Shown: positions 13,401 through 27,790 of the stretch, one piece after another | Layout of the letters: every line of letters begins with the position of its first letter | Position numbering within the stretch: position 1 is the stretch's first letter | Origin: Macrostomum lignano | Taxonomy: Eukaryota | Length of the DNA stretch: 64,000 bases | Assembly (NCBI GenBank): GCA_002269645.1 | Contig: NIVC01001111.1 | Coordinates: 248,001 to 312,000, forward strand | Direction of reading: 5' to 3' | The notes under the pieces: generated by a model | Told to the model about the DNA's origin: nothing | What the model saw: only the letters and a program-made list of their open reading frames with translations | The model's database searches: none | Translations under genes and position numbers: made by a program

Positions 13401-14495
13401 ATTCGTGTCTTCTCGTGTATTGACTATTGACAGTTCAGTTGAATGTTTCAGTCTATCCTAGAAATTAGGTGGTCCATGTAAGCCTGTTTTAGCTAGACCA
13501 AAGGTTTTCACTTTTATAGCTCTGCCCCTCTCTGACTCGTTTAGTCGACGGACTGTCTGTCCCTTGGACTGCTCCTATTGGCTGGCATTCCCAGTAGGGG
13601 TGGTCCGATTTTTACCAACCTCTCCGAAATCAGTCCTTAACCAATGCAGCTCTAGTCTGTGTGACTGTGTTGTGCGCTTCGAGTTTCGTTTACATGGACC
13701 TCAACAGACGATTTGATGTGCGTGCAACTGTGTTTAGTGGGACCCAGGCTAAACTAAAATAAAAAATATCAGACCTTCGCTTTGAGCTTGGTTTGGTGCT
13801 TCCCCACCCCTAAACAGGGATCTGAGAGCAGAACCTTCTCCTCAAAGCCGAAACTCTCCACCAGGCTTATTTCTTATTGTGGTTCGACACTTTGATAAAT
13901 ATCAAATATCAAAAGGAATCTAAAAGAAGGAAAGTCGATAGGCCTATAGGATACAATATCCATTTAAACTACTATCAGCAGCTAACGTGATAAAGGAACC
14001 GTCATTCGAATATTTTTCGGGCACAAAACCGTGGGAAGGCTTTGAAGAAAGCTCAACAAAGCCGTGTGTGCCTAATTTAAGATCACGGAAATTAAATATA
14101 TTACTTTTTTGGCGTAAAAGATGTTGTAAAAAGGTAAATTGCCAACAGACTGAAACAGACTGAAACAGACTGAAACAGACTGCAACAGACAAATTCAGAA
14201 ATTTTCATTGACAATTTTTGTTTAGCTGGACCTTTCAGACCCGGTTTAGGTGGACATCGCAAAAAGTCCATGTAAACTGAAATGCATTTTTTTTTAAACA
14301 TGAATGCCAATGAATGTTGCGCTTTGCGGCACTCATTCCTGACATCCATTGCTCTGTTTTGTGGTCCTTATAAACCACTCAACGTTGTCTGGAGCAAAGT
14401 TATTCGGTGGTCCACCTACGCTGTCCACCTAAACCGAAAGGTCCAGCTAATGCGGCAACTGAACCGACGAAAGGTCCAAGTAAACACACAGACAG
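7468..14495. mobile_element. Putative ~7-kb non-autonomous TIR element with subterminal TTAG(G/C)TGGACC motifs, embedded in (GACA)n
   Basis: CTGTCTGTGTGTTTA at 7468-7482 is the exact reverse complement of TAAACACACAGACAG at 14481-14495; motif copies are forward at the left end and reversed at 14409-14484; (GACA)n on both outer sides; no long ORF inside. Confidence 0.6.
8270..12965. repeat. Higher-order satellite: ~360-bp B blocks separated by 2 to ~15 copies of ~75-90-bp A units
   Basis: A unit core AAACAGACTGGCTCAGT[GT]GCGTCAGT[GA]CAGTCTGTAGGTTAGCTGGACC; B blocks begin CAGTTCAATTAGAATAGG at approx 8538, 10027, 10770, 11227, 11887, 12460. Confidence 0.93.
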
Positions 14496-14498
14496 TAA

Positions 14499-15430
<932 letters not shown>

Positions 15431-16460
15431 TACAGACAGACAGACAGGCAGGCTCGAGAGCCCTAAGTTAATAGTGCCCGGAAAATAGCGTGCTTTATCT
15501 CATAGAGCGTGATGCAACTCTCATATAATTTCAGGGTACCAAGGCCAGATAAAGTATGGGACATACCAAAAGAGCAAAAATTAAAGTCCGCAACTAGACT
15601 TAATGCTTGAAGTTGGGGGCACTATAAGAGTTGCATCATGATTTATACATTCCTTAGCGGCTTCCAGGTCATTTCTAAGAAAACTTAGTGTAGCGCCCCC
15701 TTCTACTGCAGCTGTCCATAATTCCATACGCTTTCATACTTGCCAACAGAAGCAGACCAGAGAGGTATTGGACCAAAGTGTGCGGATAGTTTAGTCCCAT
15801 TGCATCCCGGGAGGAATCAATTGCTTCAAGCTCTCCGAATTCCCGTCCCAGACAGGGTAACGACTGCTCGACATCCTCCCCTCTGTGGGATAAGCGCTGG
15901 AAGGAGTGAGAAGGAGAGGTTAAGAAGGCCGGGTTAGCTGCAGAGCAAATCTATCAGTGTATGCACAGGGACACAGCTAGCACCTAAAGCTTCCCCCGCA
16001 ATTGCAGACGATGAATAGAGGAAAGGTACACGGGGAAAGGTTGAAGCCCAACCCCCCATTACAATTCCTGTTGCTGCTCTGGTGTTCAGAAATTCTGCGT
16101 GTTGTTTGAGATGAGGATTCAGAGAGAAAAAAAAGAACAGCCGCCTATCCGTATATTTTAGCGAGGAAAGTTTTCTTAGTGGCCAGACTTTTTCGAATAC
16201 CCAGCCTCGCAATTCATTCGATCTGCCCTCACGGAGCGCTGAAATTGGACACCCCAGGACCAGAAAATTTGTCGCTAATGTATTGATGCGATCCAGCGAC
16301 TCTTGGCCTGCTCTCTCAATTTCAGCTCAGAGTTGGCTAGATTGACTTTCGACTCTTACTGATTGGCCTTGGTGGCAAATGTGATCTGTATAAACTTTGC
16401 ATCGACTATAGAACTATCAAAATATCAAATGCTATTCTGTCCTTGTACATTTTTCTTTAG

Positions 16461-16583
16461 GTGAGGAATTCGGACGAATATTTCTGGACGAGGCCGACCA
16501 GGAGACGCAAGAGACGGCTCCGGCCAGTCCTGATGCTCGACCTGGCAGAGAGGCGACCGGGGAGAGACGGCGGCATTCCCGCG
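16461..16583 (+). CDS. Inferred exon 2 of the DEG/ENaC gene (EEFGRIFLDEADQETQETAPASPDARPGREATGERRRHSR)
   Basis: TTTTCTTTAG acceptor, open GC-rich frame and G|GTTAGT donor; phase 1 at both ends matches 7281 and the TTTCAG acceptor at 19851. Confidence 0.55.
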
Positions 16584-16673
16584 GTTAGTTGAAGCAGACT
16601 CGGCATTAATTGGCTGCGAATAATACAGAATGCGCTGCTCCCGTGCCCGCACCTGGGCTCCCTGGGCACGGAA

Positions 16674-18542
16674 GCTTGTGCCTGAGTCCCTGCCAGTCCT
16701 AGCTTGTGCCTGAGTCCCTGCCAGTCCTAGCTTGTGCCTGAGTCCCTGCCAGTCCTAGCTTGTGCCTGAGTCCCTGCCAGTCCTAGCTTGTGCCTGAGTC
16801 CCTGCCAGTCCTAGCTTGTGCCTGAGTCCCTGCCAGTCCTAGCTTGTGCCTGAGTCCCTGCCAGTCCTAGCTTGTGCCTGAGTCCCTGCCAGTCCTAGCT
16901 TGTGCCTGAGTCCCTGCCAGTCCTAGCTTGTGCCTGAGTCCCTGCCAGTCCTAGCTTGTGCCTGAGTCCCCGCCAGTCCTAGCTTGTGCCTGAGTCCCTG
17001 CCAGTCCTAGCTTGTGCCTGAGTCCCTGCCAGTCCTAGCTTGTGCCCGAGTCCCTGCCAGTCCTAGCTTGTGCCTGAGTCCCTGCCAGTCCTAGCTTGTG
17101 CCTGAGTCCCCGCCAGTCCTAGCTTGTGCCTGAGTCCCTGCCAGTCCTAGCTTGTGCCTGAGTCCCTGCCAGTCCTAGCTTGTGCCTGAGTCCCTGCCAG
17201 TCCTAGCTTGTGCCTGAGTCCCTGCCAGTCCTAGCTTGTGCCTGAGTCCCTGCCAGTCCTAGCTTGTGCCCGAGTCCCTGCCAGTCCTAGCTTGTGCCTG
17301 AGTCCCTGCCAGTCCTAGCTTGTGCCTGAGTCCCTGCCAGTCCTAGCTTGTGCCTGAGTCCCTGCCAGTCCTAGCTTGTGCCTGAGTCCCTGCCAGTCCT
17401 AGCTTGTGCCTGAGTCCCTGCCAGTCCTAGCTTGTGCCTGAGTCCCTGCCAGTCCTAGCTTGTGCCTGAGTCCCTGCCAGTCCTAGCTTGTGCCTGAGTC
17501 CCTGCCAGTCCTAGCTTGTGCCTGAGTCCCTGCCAGTCCTAGCTTGTGCCTGAGTCCCTGCCAGTCCTAGCTTGTGCCTGAGTCCCTGCCAGTCCTAGCT
17601 TGTGCCTGAGTCCCTGCCAGTCCTAGCTTGTGCCTGAGTCCCTGCCAGTCCTAGCTTGTGCCTGAGTCCCCGCCAGTCCTAGCTTGTGCCTGAGTCCCTG
17701 CCAGTCCTAGCTTGTGCCTGAGTCCCTGCCAGTCCTAGCTTGTGCCCGAGTCCCTGCCAGTCCTAGCTTGTGCCTGAGTCCCTGCCAGTCCTAGCTTGTG
17801 CCTGAGTCCCTGCCAGTCCTAGCTTGTGCCTGAGTCCCTGCCAGTCCTAGCTTGTGCCTGAGTCCCTGCCAGTCCTAGCTTGTGCCTGAGTCCCTGCCAG
17901 TCCTAGCTTGTGCCTGAGTCCCTGCCAGTCCTAGCTTGTGCCTGAGTCCCTGCCAGTCCTAGCTTGTGCCCGAGTCCCTGCCAGTCCTAGCTTGTGCCTG
18001 AATCCCTGCCAGTCCTAGCTTGTGCCTGAGTCCCTGCCAGTCCTAGCTTGTGCCTGAGTCCCTGCCAGTCCTAGCTTGTGCCTGAGTCCCTGCCAGTCCT
18101 AGCTTGTGCCTGAGTCCCTGCCAGTCCTAGCTTGTGCCTGAGTCCCTGCCAGTCCTAGCTTGTGCCTGAGTCCCTGCCAGTCCTAGCTTGTGCCTGAGTC
18201 CCTGCCAGTCCTAGCTTGTGCCTGAGTCCCTGCCAGTCCTAGCTTGTGCCTGAGTCCCTGCCAGTCCTAGCTTGCGTCTGAGCCAGTCCTAGCTTGTGTC
18301 TGAGCCACATTCAGACCTAGCTTGTGTCAGAGCCAGTCCTAGCTTGTGTCTGAGCCACATTCAGACCTAGCTTGTGTCTGAGCCAGTCCTAGCTTGTGTC
18401 TGAGCCAGTCCTAGCTTGTGTCTGAGCCACATTCAGACCTAGCTTGTGTCTGAGCCAGTCCTAGCTTGTGTCTGAGCCAGTCCTAGCTTGTGTCTGAGCC
18501 AGTCCTAGCTTGTGTCTGAGCCAGTCCTAGCTTGTGTCTGAA
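16674..18542. repeat. 28-bp satellite (AGCTTGTGCCTGAGTCCCTGCCAGTCCT), ~57 near-identical copies, then 22/28-bp variants
   Basis: Direct reading; variant units AGCTTGTGTCTGAGCCAGTCCT and ...CCACATTCAGACCT from ~18275. Confidence 0.98.
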
Positions 18543-19851
18543 CCACCGCCAAAACTGACTTGTGTTCCACATCGACCAGCTGTAACAGCTAAGCATAGAG
18601 TCCAGTTCAAATACTGTCCCACGTATTATGATTCAGAAAATTTGAATTGTCTGGCGAGGTAAATCCGTGCAACAGAATATTAAAGAGGAGCAACACTTTA
18701 AATCTCTGCTAGCTGTGCATCTCTTTCCGTCTCAGTCCACAATTCCAAAGCAGATCCTGCCTTCATAGTTGAGTAGGTCCGTCAATAAACTGTCAATAAT
18801 TCTCAGATTCGTTCTCGGGAAGAAAAAGCCAGACTGTGGAGCAGATCGGATGTCAGAACTCTGCAGCCCCAGGACAACCTGCGTCAGCGACTCAGCGACT
18901 TATTCGAAGTGAGGAAGGAGAACCCAGTACTTCCAGCTGCTCCCGCAGACCAAGGCTCACCTTGCAAATGTGGGATTAACATTTCGAGACGCAGCTCAAG
19001 CTCTAAGAAGTTGTAAACCTCTTGGTGCCCAGCTTTCGGAAGCTTTCCCTATCTGCATTGAAATTTCTCGGCCACTCAAGCTGGCTTTCAGAGAAAAAAC
19101 TGACTCAATAGAAACTCCTATTGAATTTGTATGGGGCTTTAAGTGCAAATTTGAAGCTGTGACAGGTTCTCCTAAACAGCAGCGCAAATATGCTAGAACC
19201 AACGCTGAGACACTTTCAAGTTAACAGCTGCTGCTGCTGTAATGAGTTTCAATGTAGCAGACTTTTCAGAGTTTACCTCTTTTCAGAAAACTGGGAAGTT
19301 AATTAGCAAGCTAGAAGCAACGCAACCCGGGGAGGCTGGGAGAATGGACGAGAGTTCGATGAGTAACTTAAGAGTAACTTAACTTAAAAAGCTTCCTTTT
19401 TCCTACTTTTAGGAGAGTTAACTCCATCAGGATTTACCACAGCCCGCAAGACAAGCTGTCAATAACTAAATTGATAGATAGCCATCACAGGTCAGGGCGC
19501 ATTAGGAGGGCTAGCAGGCCTAAATAGAAAGCAAACACTGCCTATAGTCAATGCTTCATTCCGTGTGTTTGCTGAACAATTTTGCATTATTTTGAATGAA
19601 AGTTTTGGGGCCTCCGTTACCATGGCAGTTTTGAGAGACTGAGCCGTGGGGATGCGGTGCAGAGGTCTTTAGCTTCAGCTATGCTTCAAGCATTCAATGG
19701 GCTACAGTCATTGAATCAGATAATAACTATATGAGGTTACCTTCCTGCTGAATTAAAATGCAAAGAGCTCTGTATAGATGATGACACTGACAGTCACTAA
19801 GGTACGAAAATGAACCACAGCATGCCTGATTCCCCCCGGTAACCGTTTCAG

Positions 19852-21644
19852 CCGCCAGGCGTCAGTCGCCGATGCCGCCACCCCGCAGCGGCATGATGCT
19901 GTTCTGCGAGTGCAGCTCCATCCGCGGCATGCCCAAAATTGCGCGCTCCTCGTCGAACTTCCTGCGCAAAATGTGGCTGGCCTTCGTCGTGATCATGACA
20001 CTGGTGCTCATCATCTCCTCTTCTCTGTCCGTTCGCTCCTACCTTCAATACGATGTCATCGTTCACACATCTGACATCCCCAATTTTGCTTCACCTTTCC
20101 CTGCCATCACCGTTTGTCTTCACCAGCCTTTCTCGTCGAGGGCCTTCAAGCTGTGGAGCAACAGGTCCGTGATGTCGCCGCGCGAGTACAATGCTCTGCT
20201 GCGTCGCTGGGCCCTGGAGGCCATCAACAAGACTAGCGACTTCTTTCGGATCCAGAAAAAAGACGCCGATCCCATATCCTACTCCCTCTACTACGACATG
20301 CTGGAGGTGTACTACCAAAACATCCCGCTGCGTGACATTACTGTACTAAGCCACGATCCCAGCGTCATACGAAAGTGCATCGTAAAAACTGACGGCGTCA
20401 GCCACTTCAAGGACCCGTGCAACCTGACGGAGCACGGCTTCAGCATAAAGCTTTTCTCGCATCAGAAGCACCTGAATTGCTACACGGTGGAGCCGAATAC
20501 TCCAGCGGCCTCTTTCGACACTCAGTTCCTCGGCCTCGCAGTGGACCTCGGCCCCCCGCCTGACTATGCCAATTTCCAGCAGGGCTTTCTCAACGACGTC
20601 TTCGACCAGGCCACGGGCCTGCGGGTAGTCATCCACGAACCCAACCGCTACCCGAACGTGGAGCACTTTGGCAAAAACATCGAGGCTGGCAAGATGACTG
20701 AGCTGGCCTACACTCCCACGCTGTGGAATCGCAGCAACACCCCTGTGAATCCGTGCATCACCAGCGGCGAGTCATACATGGATCTTGGGCGCAGGTTCGA
20801 TTACACTCAGCGAGAGTGCGCCAACAAGCACCTGCAGGAGTTGGCGATTCGCCGCTGCAACTGCATCGTCTGTTTGCCCGGGGTTCCTCGCACCCAGCCT
20901 CCGAGCAAGGAGCTGCCCTATTGCGCCTCTTTTACAAGCGAGTACAACAGTACTTTCGAGGACTTTGTCCGCCAGCTGCAGTGCTACGTTGAAATAACGC
21001 GGGACCTGCCGCAGTGGCCCTGCCTGCCACGTTGCCTCCTGACGGAGTACGAGACAAAATTGTCGGTGACCTACTGGGGCGCGACCGACTGGCAAGTTTA
21101 CTGGTCAGGAAAGTTCGTCAATGACATTGAGGAGCTCGGCGACCTCATTAAAGAGCGCGAGGGCGGGACGGGCCACGGCGAGGCTGCTCTGCGACCGCGC
21201 TTCGAGGCGCTGAAGGAGCGGCTCCTGCGATACCTGACCAAAGCCAACCTGACTGCGATCGCCAATGGCCAGGGGCCGGACGACATGGTCGAGTCCAAGA
21301 ATTTTGCCTACGTTGTGCTGAAGCGCAAAAGCGAAAACCTCATTCTCAAAGAGGAGAAACAAGTGCTGACGCTAAACGCGCTCATGTCGCAGATCGGTGG
21401 CCTCTGCTCTCTCACCATCGGGCTCACCTGTGCCTGCGCCGTCGAGGTCATCGAATTTTTCTACATCTACCTGACTGGCAAAGGCGGCGGAGCGGGGAAT
21501 GCCGCTGCCCCCGCCATCCGACAGGAGAAGTCAGTTCCGCTCCGGTCGTCTCGGACGGAAGACGAAGACGCTTCTCCAGCAATTACGCATCCAGGGCAGT
21601 CTCTGAATTCGCAACACCACACTGCGAAACCGTCTGAACTGTAG
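19852..21644 (+). CDS. DEG/ENaC (ASIC/FaNaC-like) amiloride-sensitive channel subunit, main exon
   Basis: TM1 (MWLAFVVIMTLVLIISS), FPAITVC, NCYT, GLRVVIHEP, Cys-rich thumb (C..RRCNC, CLPRC..TEY), pre-TM2 and TM2 LNALMSQIGGLCSLTIGLT. ORF-track ATG at 19872; frame is open to the acceptor at 19851. Confidence 0.93.
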
Positions 21645-22074
21645 AAATTAGTTTTTATCTCTCAAAGCGAACAACTTCAAAACTGTTCTTAGTTTCTAGT
21701 TTACAAATTAAACAAAAATACTCCTTATCTGTGTTCCTCTTTCTTTGATTTTTCCTCTTCAAGCACCGCTGCATCACGCTCGCTATATTTGGTTCCTGAG
21801 CTGACTTTCATCTGGCATTGTACTTTTAATAAATTTAGCTTTATCAAGACATAAGAGAAAATATTGCAGTCAATAATTGTCTTGTTGTTTATTCATCAAA
21901 GTACACCGAGGGAGGAATAGGTTAAGAGGTGAGCTGAGGAGTGAGAATAATTGAGATCACTGGTGTAATCTCTGCATGGTAGAACAGAGGACAAAACTGC
22001 TCTCACTGAATGATCTGAGAGGGTATCATCCATCACCCACTGAATTAGCTGAGAGGTTATCATCACTCACTAAA

Positions 22075-24099
22075 TGATCTGAGAGGGTATCATTCATCAC
22101 TCACTGAATGGTCTGAGAGGTTATCATCACTCACTGAATTGGTCTGAGAGGGTATCATTCATCACTCACTGAATTGGTCTGAGAGGGTATCATCACTCAC
22201 TGAATTGGTCTGAGAGGGTATCATCACTCACTGAATTGGTCTGAGAGGTTATCATCACTCACTGAATTGGTCTGAGAGGGTATCATCACTCACTGAATTT
22301 GTCTGAGAGGGTATCATCACTCACTGAATTGGTCTGAGAGGGTATCATCACTCACTGAATTGGTCTGAGAGGGTATCATCACTCACTGAATTGGTCTGAG
22401 AGGTTGTCATCACTCACTGAATTGGTCTGAGAGGGTATCATCACTCACTGAATTGGTCTGAGAGGGTATCATCACTCACTGAATTGGTCTGAGAGGGTAT
22501 CATCACTCACTGAATTGGTCTGAGAGGTTATCATCACTCACTGAATTGGTCTGAGAGGGTATCATCACTCACTGAATTTGTCTGAGAGGGTATCATCACT
22601 CACTGAATTGGTCTGAGAGGTTATCATCACTCACTGAATTGGTCTGAGAGGGTATCATCACTCACTGAATTTGTCTGAGAGGGTATCATCACTCACTGAA
22701 TTGGTCTGAGAGGGTATCATCACTCACTGAATTGGTCTGAGAGGGTATCATCACTCACTGAATTGGTCTGAGAGGTTGTCATCACTCACTGAATTGGTCT
22801 GAGAGGGTATCATCACTCACTGAATTGGTCTGAGAGGTTATCATCACTCACTGAATTGGTCTGAGAGGGTATCATCACTCACTGAATTGGTCTGAGAGGT
22901 TATCATCACTCACTGAATTGGTCTGAGAGGGTATCATCACTCACTGAATTGGTCTGAGAGGGTATCATCACTCACTGAATTGGTCTGAGAGGTTATCATC
23001 ACTCACTGAATTGGTCTGAGAGGTTGTCATCACTCACTGAATTGGTCTGAGAGGGTATCATCACTCACTGAATTGGTCTGAGAGGTTATCATCACTCACT
23101 GAATTGGTCTGAGAGGGTATCATCACTCACTGAATTGGTCTGAGAGGGTATCATCACTCACTGAATTGGTCTGAGAGGTTATCATCACACACTGAATTGG
23201 TCTGAGAGGGTATCATCACTCACTGAATTGGTCTGAGAGGGTATCATCACTCACTGAATTGGTCTGAGAGGTTATCATCACTCACTGAATTGGTCTGAGA
23301 GGGTATCATCACTCACTGAATTTGTCTGAGAGGGTATCATCACTCACTGAATTGGTCTGAGAGGTTATCATCACTCACTGAATTGGTCTGAGAGGGTATC
23401 ATCACTCACTGAATTTGTCTGAGAGGGTATCATCACTCACTGAATTGGTCTGAGAGGGTATCATCACTCACTGAATTGGTCTGAGAGGGTATCATCACTC
23501 ACTGAATTTGTCTGAGAGGTTGTCATCACTCACTGAATTGGTCTGAGAGGGTATCATCACTCACTGAATTGGTCTGAGAGGTTATCATCACTCACTGAAT
23601 TGGTCTGAGAGGGTATCATCACTCACTGAATTGGTCTGAGAGGTTATCATCACTCACTGAATTGGTCTGAGAGGGTATCATCACTCACTGAATTGGTCTG
23701 AGAGGGTATCATCACTCACTGAATTGGTCTGAGAGGTTATCATCACTCACTGAATTGGTCTGAGAGGTTGTCATCACTCACTGAATTGGTCTGAGAGGGT
23801 ATCATCACTCACTGAATTTGTCTGAGAGGGTATCATCACTCACTGAATTGGTCTGAGAGGGTATCATCACTCACTGAATTGGTCTGAGAGGGTATCATCA
23901 CTCACTGAATTGGTCTGAGAGGTTATCATCACTCACTGAATTGGTCTGAGAGGGTATCATCACTCACTGAATTGGTCTGAGAGGGTATCATCACTCACTG
24001 AATTTGTCTGAGAGGGTATCAGCTCTGATCTGAGAGGGTATCAGCTCTGATCTGAGAGGGTATCAGCTCTGATCTGAGAGGGTATCAGCTCTGATCTGA
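22075..24099. repeat. 31-bp satellite (GGTCTGAGAGG[GT]TATCATCACTCACTGAATT), ~60 copies, ending in a 22-bp variant
   Basis: Direct reading; TCTGAGAGGGTATCAGCTCTGA from ~24007. Confidence 0.98.
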
Positions 24100-24128
24100 A
24101 TGATCCAACCAAATCAACCAAACGCCAA

Positions 24129-24349
24129 GGCACAGTGAAGTGTACATGCCTAACGATAAATAGAGTTAGGGCGGCTGTACACTCCTGTGTGAGTGTGTGC
24201 CTGTGCGTATGACTGCGTACGTATTCGCGCGCTTGTGTGCCTGCTCAGGGGAGTTGGTGGAATGGGCAGCAATGCCTGTCGCCGGTTGTGCGACAATGTC
24301 GCTTAAAGTGCGCCACGGTGCACACAGGCCCCTGCCTCTAATAAAAAAA
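24129..24349 (+). mobile_element. 5'-truncated SINE (family of 48534-48893)
   Basis: AAGGCACAGTGAAGTGTACATGCCTAACG...CCCTGCCTCTAATAAAAAAA matches the full-length copies. Confidence 0.88.
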
Positions 24350-25814
24350 TCTTCTGAAGTCTAAACAGCTGGTTTCTTCCAGCCTCCGCTCCCGCTGCAG
24401 GCTAGGGTTTCCCGTCTCCCATTCCACCTCCATCAGCCTGTGTAGCAATTTCTGCTCCCCTCCATCTTTGCTCTCACAGCGAGCTTTTCTCTCCCCCACC
24501 CCTAGCCAAAACCTTTTGTCTTCGTGTAAGCTTTGTCCCCATCCCTTGCTGCGCTCGACTTATTGCGAGAAACTGTTCACAGCTGAGAGGCTCTTGTATA
24601 GTGGCAGCAGAAGTGCGTGTTGCATAAACACACTTAACACATGCGCTGAGAGCATAGGAGAGGCGGAATAGCACAGGCGGTCTCGTTGGATAATTTGTAA
24701 CCCGCCTCCAGATGCAGCGGAGCCAGAAATGCCGCTTCCCGTCACTCTGCGCTTTGTCCATCCCGCGGGCAAAGCAAAACACAAGCGATTGGTTGGTCCG
24801 CACTAATGAAAACTGGAAAGATGAAGGCAGAAAAAATATGTTGCTCTAGAAGCCAAATGCTATAGTTTCAAACCGAGCCGAAACGTAGGCTAAATAGTCT
24901 GCCAGGTGAATTTCTGGACCGATTCTACCTCTGCCCGGCCATTGTCCAGAAGACACAGCCTGGCGTAATGACAAACTCAACTGGCCATTATTTCAGCTTT
25001 AACAGACGTTTGAACCATAGACGATTAGTTAAAGTATTCATATATTAACTGGCATAAGGGAATAATGTTCACAGTAATGATAATCATAACAATAGTAATA
25101 TTAGTGAGAAGAAAAATGATAGTCAAAACTATTTAGCCACGACTTGGCAACGACTGGATTTCCACGGCGTCAAGGTTGACTCCATCTTCGGCGGGAGGAG
25201 CAAGTCTCCAGAATCAGCCAGTGGATCTTCGAGCCACTTGATAAATGAACTCAATTCTACATCCTGTTGATGCTCCTTTGCACTTAGCTCGGATAGTAGT
25301 TCTAACTCATATCTAGATACTCCGTTAAGGCTGTCCACGGGAAGATGCGACCAATTGATAAGCGCCATAGCCGAAAAAAGAAAAGACAGCTCTGTTAATC
25401 CTCGATCTCGACTATCTCTACTTCTCGTCAGCTCAAGCCTATCATCAGCTTATTCATTTATAGTCTATGGCCCAACAGCTTTTTTATTTATAGTCTATGG
25501 CCCAACCACCGCCCTCTTTACGCAGTCGCACGCACGCAGACTCTTACCCTGAAATAATGACCGCTTCCGGCACGCTGAAATAATGGCCAGGCTGTGTCTT
25601 ATAGACAATGACGTTGCGTAGTAGGTAAGGGGCTGAAATAATGGCCATAGACACTCGTGCGCGTATCTACCATTGCAGCATGCAGCTGCATTGCATACAT
25701 TGCCAGTGTGAAAAATTAACCTTGCCAATTGCAATTGCCATCCAAGTATTGAAAGTTCTGAATTTAGTATTTTCCTGTAGCTTGTATTGCAGACACAGAT
25801 TTGCAACTAAATAA

Positions 25815-26655
25815 ATGGTAGACAGGTAGGTAGATAGGTAGGTTGGTAGATTGGTAGGTAGGTAGATAGATAGGTAGATAGGTAGGTAGATAGATAGGTA
25901 GGTAGGTAGATAGGTAGGTTGGTAGATAGCTAGGTTGGTAGATAGGTAGATAGGTAGATAGGTAGGCAGGTAGATAGGTAGGCAGGTAGATAGGTAGGTT
26001 GGTAGATAGGTAGGCAGGTAGATAGGTAGGCAGGTAGATAGGTAGATAGGTAGATAGGTAGGTAGGTAGATAGGTAGGTAGGTAGATAGATGGGTAGGTT
26101 GGTAGATAGGTAGATAGGTAGATAGGTAGGTAGATAGATGGGTAGGTTGGTAGATAGCTAGGTTGGTAGATAGGTAGGTAGATAGATAGGTAGGTAGGTA
26201 GATAGGTAGGTAGATAGGTAGGTAGATAGATAGGTAGGTAGTTAGATAGGTAGGTTGGTAGATAGCTAGGTTGGTAGATAGCTAGGTTGGTAGATAGCTA
26301 GGTTGGTAGATAGGTAGATAGGTAGATAGATAGGTAGGTAGGTAGATAGGTAGGTTGGTAGATAGGTAGATAGGTAGATAGGTAGGCAGGTAGATAGGTA
26401 GGCAGGTAGATAGGTAGATAGGTAGATAGGTAGGTAGGTAGATAGGTAGGTAGGTAGATAGATGGGTAGGTTGGTAGATAGGTAGATAGGTAGATAGGTA
26501 GGTAGGTAGATAGATGGGTAGGTTGGTAGATAGCTAGGTTGGTAGATAGGTAGGTAGGTAGATAGGTAGGCAGGTAGATAGGTAGGCAGGTAGATAGGTA
26601 GGCAGGTAGATAGGTAGGCAGGTAGATAGGTAGGTAGGCAGGTAGATAGGTAGGC
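25815..26655. repeat. Compound (GGTA/GATA)n microsatellite
   Basis: Direct reading. Confidence 0.96.
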
Positions 26656-27254
26656 ATGCTGACACACAGATAAAGCTGACCGCAGAGGGTAGGGCGTTGC
26701 CTCTGCTTGTCAATGGCTTCCATTAGAACGATTATCTCTGGTCGCAAAGGCAGTCAACCTTATCCCCAGTTATCCCTGGCAAACCCTGCCGCTAATCGCG
26801 ACCCTGCTATCGAACCTCTGATGCAAGCAAGTGCGTTAAACTGGCGCATTTCCTGCCGGGTCCCGCAAATCCAGCGCCTGCACTCAAGCCCCGATTTCCA
26901 CTGCTACCTCAGAGCTTGGCTGTTGGCGCGCGATTGATAAGTCTGGCGGATCAGAGCGGACAGGCAGTTGCTGGATTTGCGCTTTTGCAACTCCGATGCA
27001 TTAACGGATTCTTGCTAGGCATGGCTGCCCGCACCCAGAATCAAAGGTTCATAAAAAATCCTCAAATCGTTAAGATAGAAGATAGAATGCAGGTGACTGC
27101 TTTGTCATTATTATCTGAATTTTTATTTCGATTTACATCATACTACTAGAAGTAGCACACTGCAGCGTTCCTTCTTTTTTAGTTATCAGTAAAACTGGCC
27201 AACTAGTTTATTAACAAACGGTAAAATTACATAATTAAAAATAGCGATTTGTTT

Positions 27255-27580
<326 letters not shown>

Positions 27581-27790
27581 AGTCTTACTGCTGCTGCTGA
27601 AGCCGCTGCTACTATAGCTTCCATTGGGTAGTAGCCGGATTCAATTCTGACCAATCAAAGCCCAGCTGACAGGGCTTAAGATTTGAAAATGATCTTTTAA
27701 AAGCTACTGGTAGGTCGCCTCCATTCTGCTGCGCAAAATTTCACACAGCGAGCTGGTAATAAAATTAGTCAGTCTGACAATTAGCTGGCC

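Noticed and set aside
19822-19872. Extending the DEG/ENaC ORF to ATG 19822 by assuming a missing C
   Set aside because: The in-phase acceptor at 19851 with upstream exons explains the open frame without invoking an error.
16674-24099. 28-bp and 31-bp arrays as CRISPR repeats
   Set aside because: Head-to-tail with no spacers.
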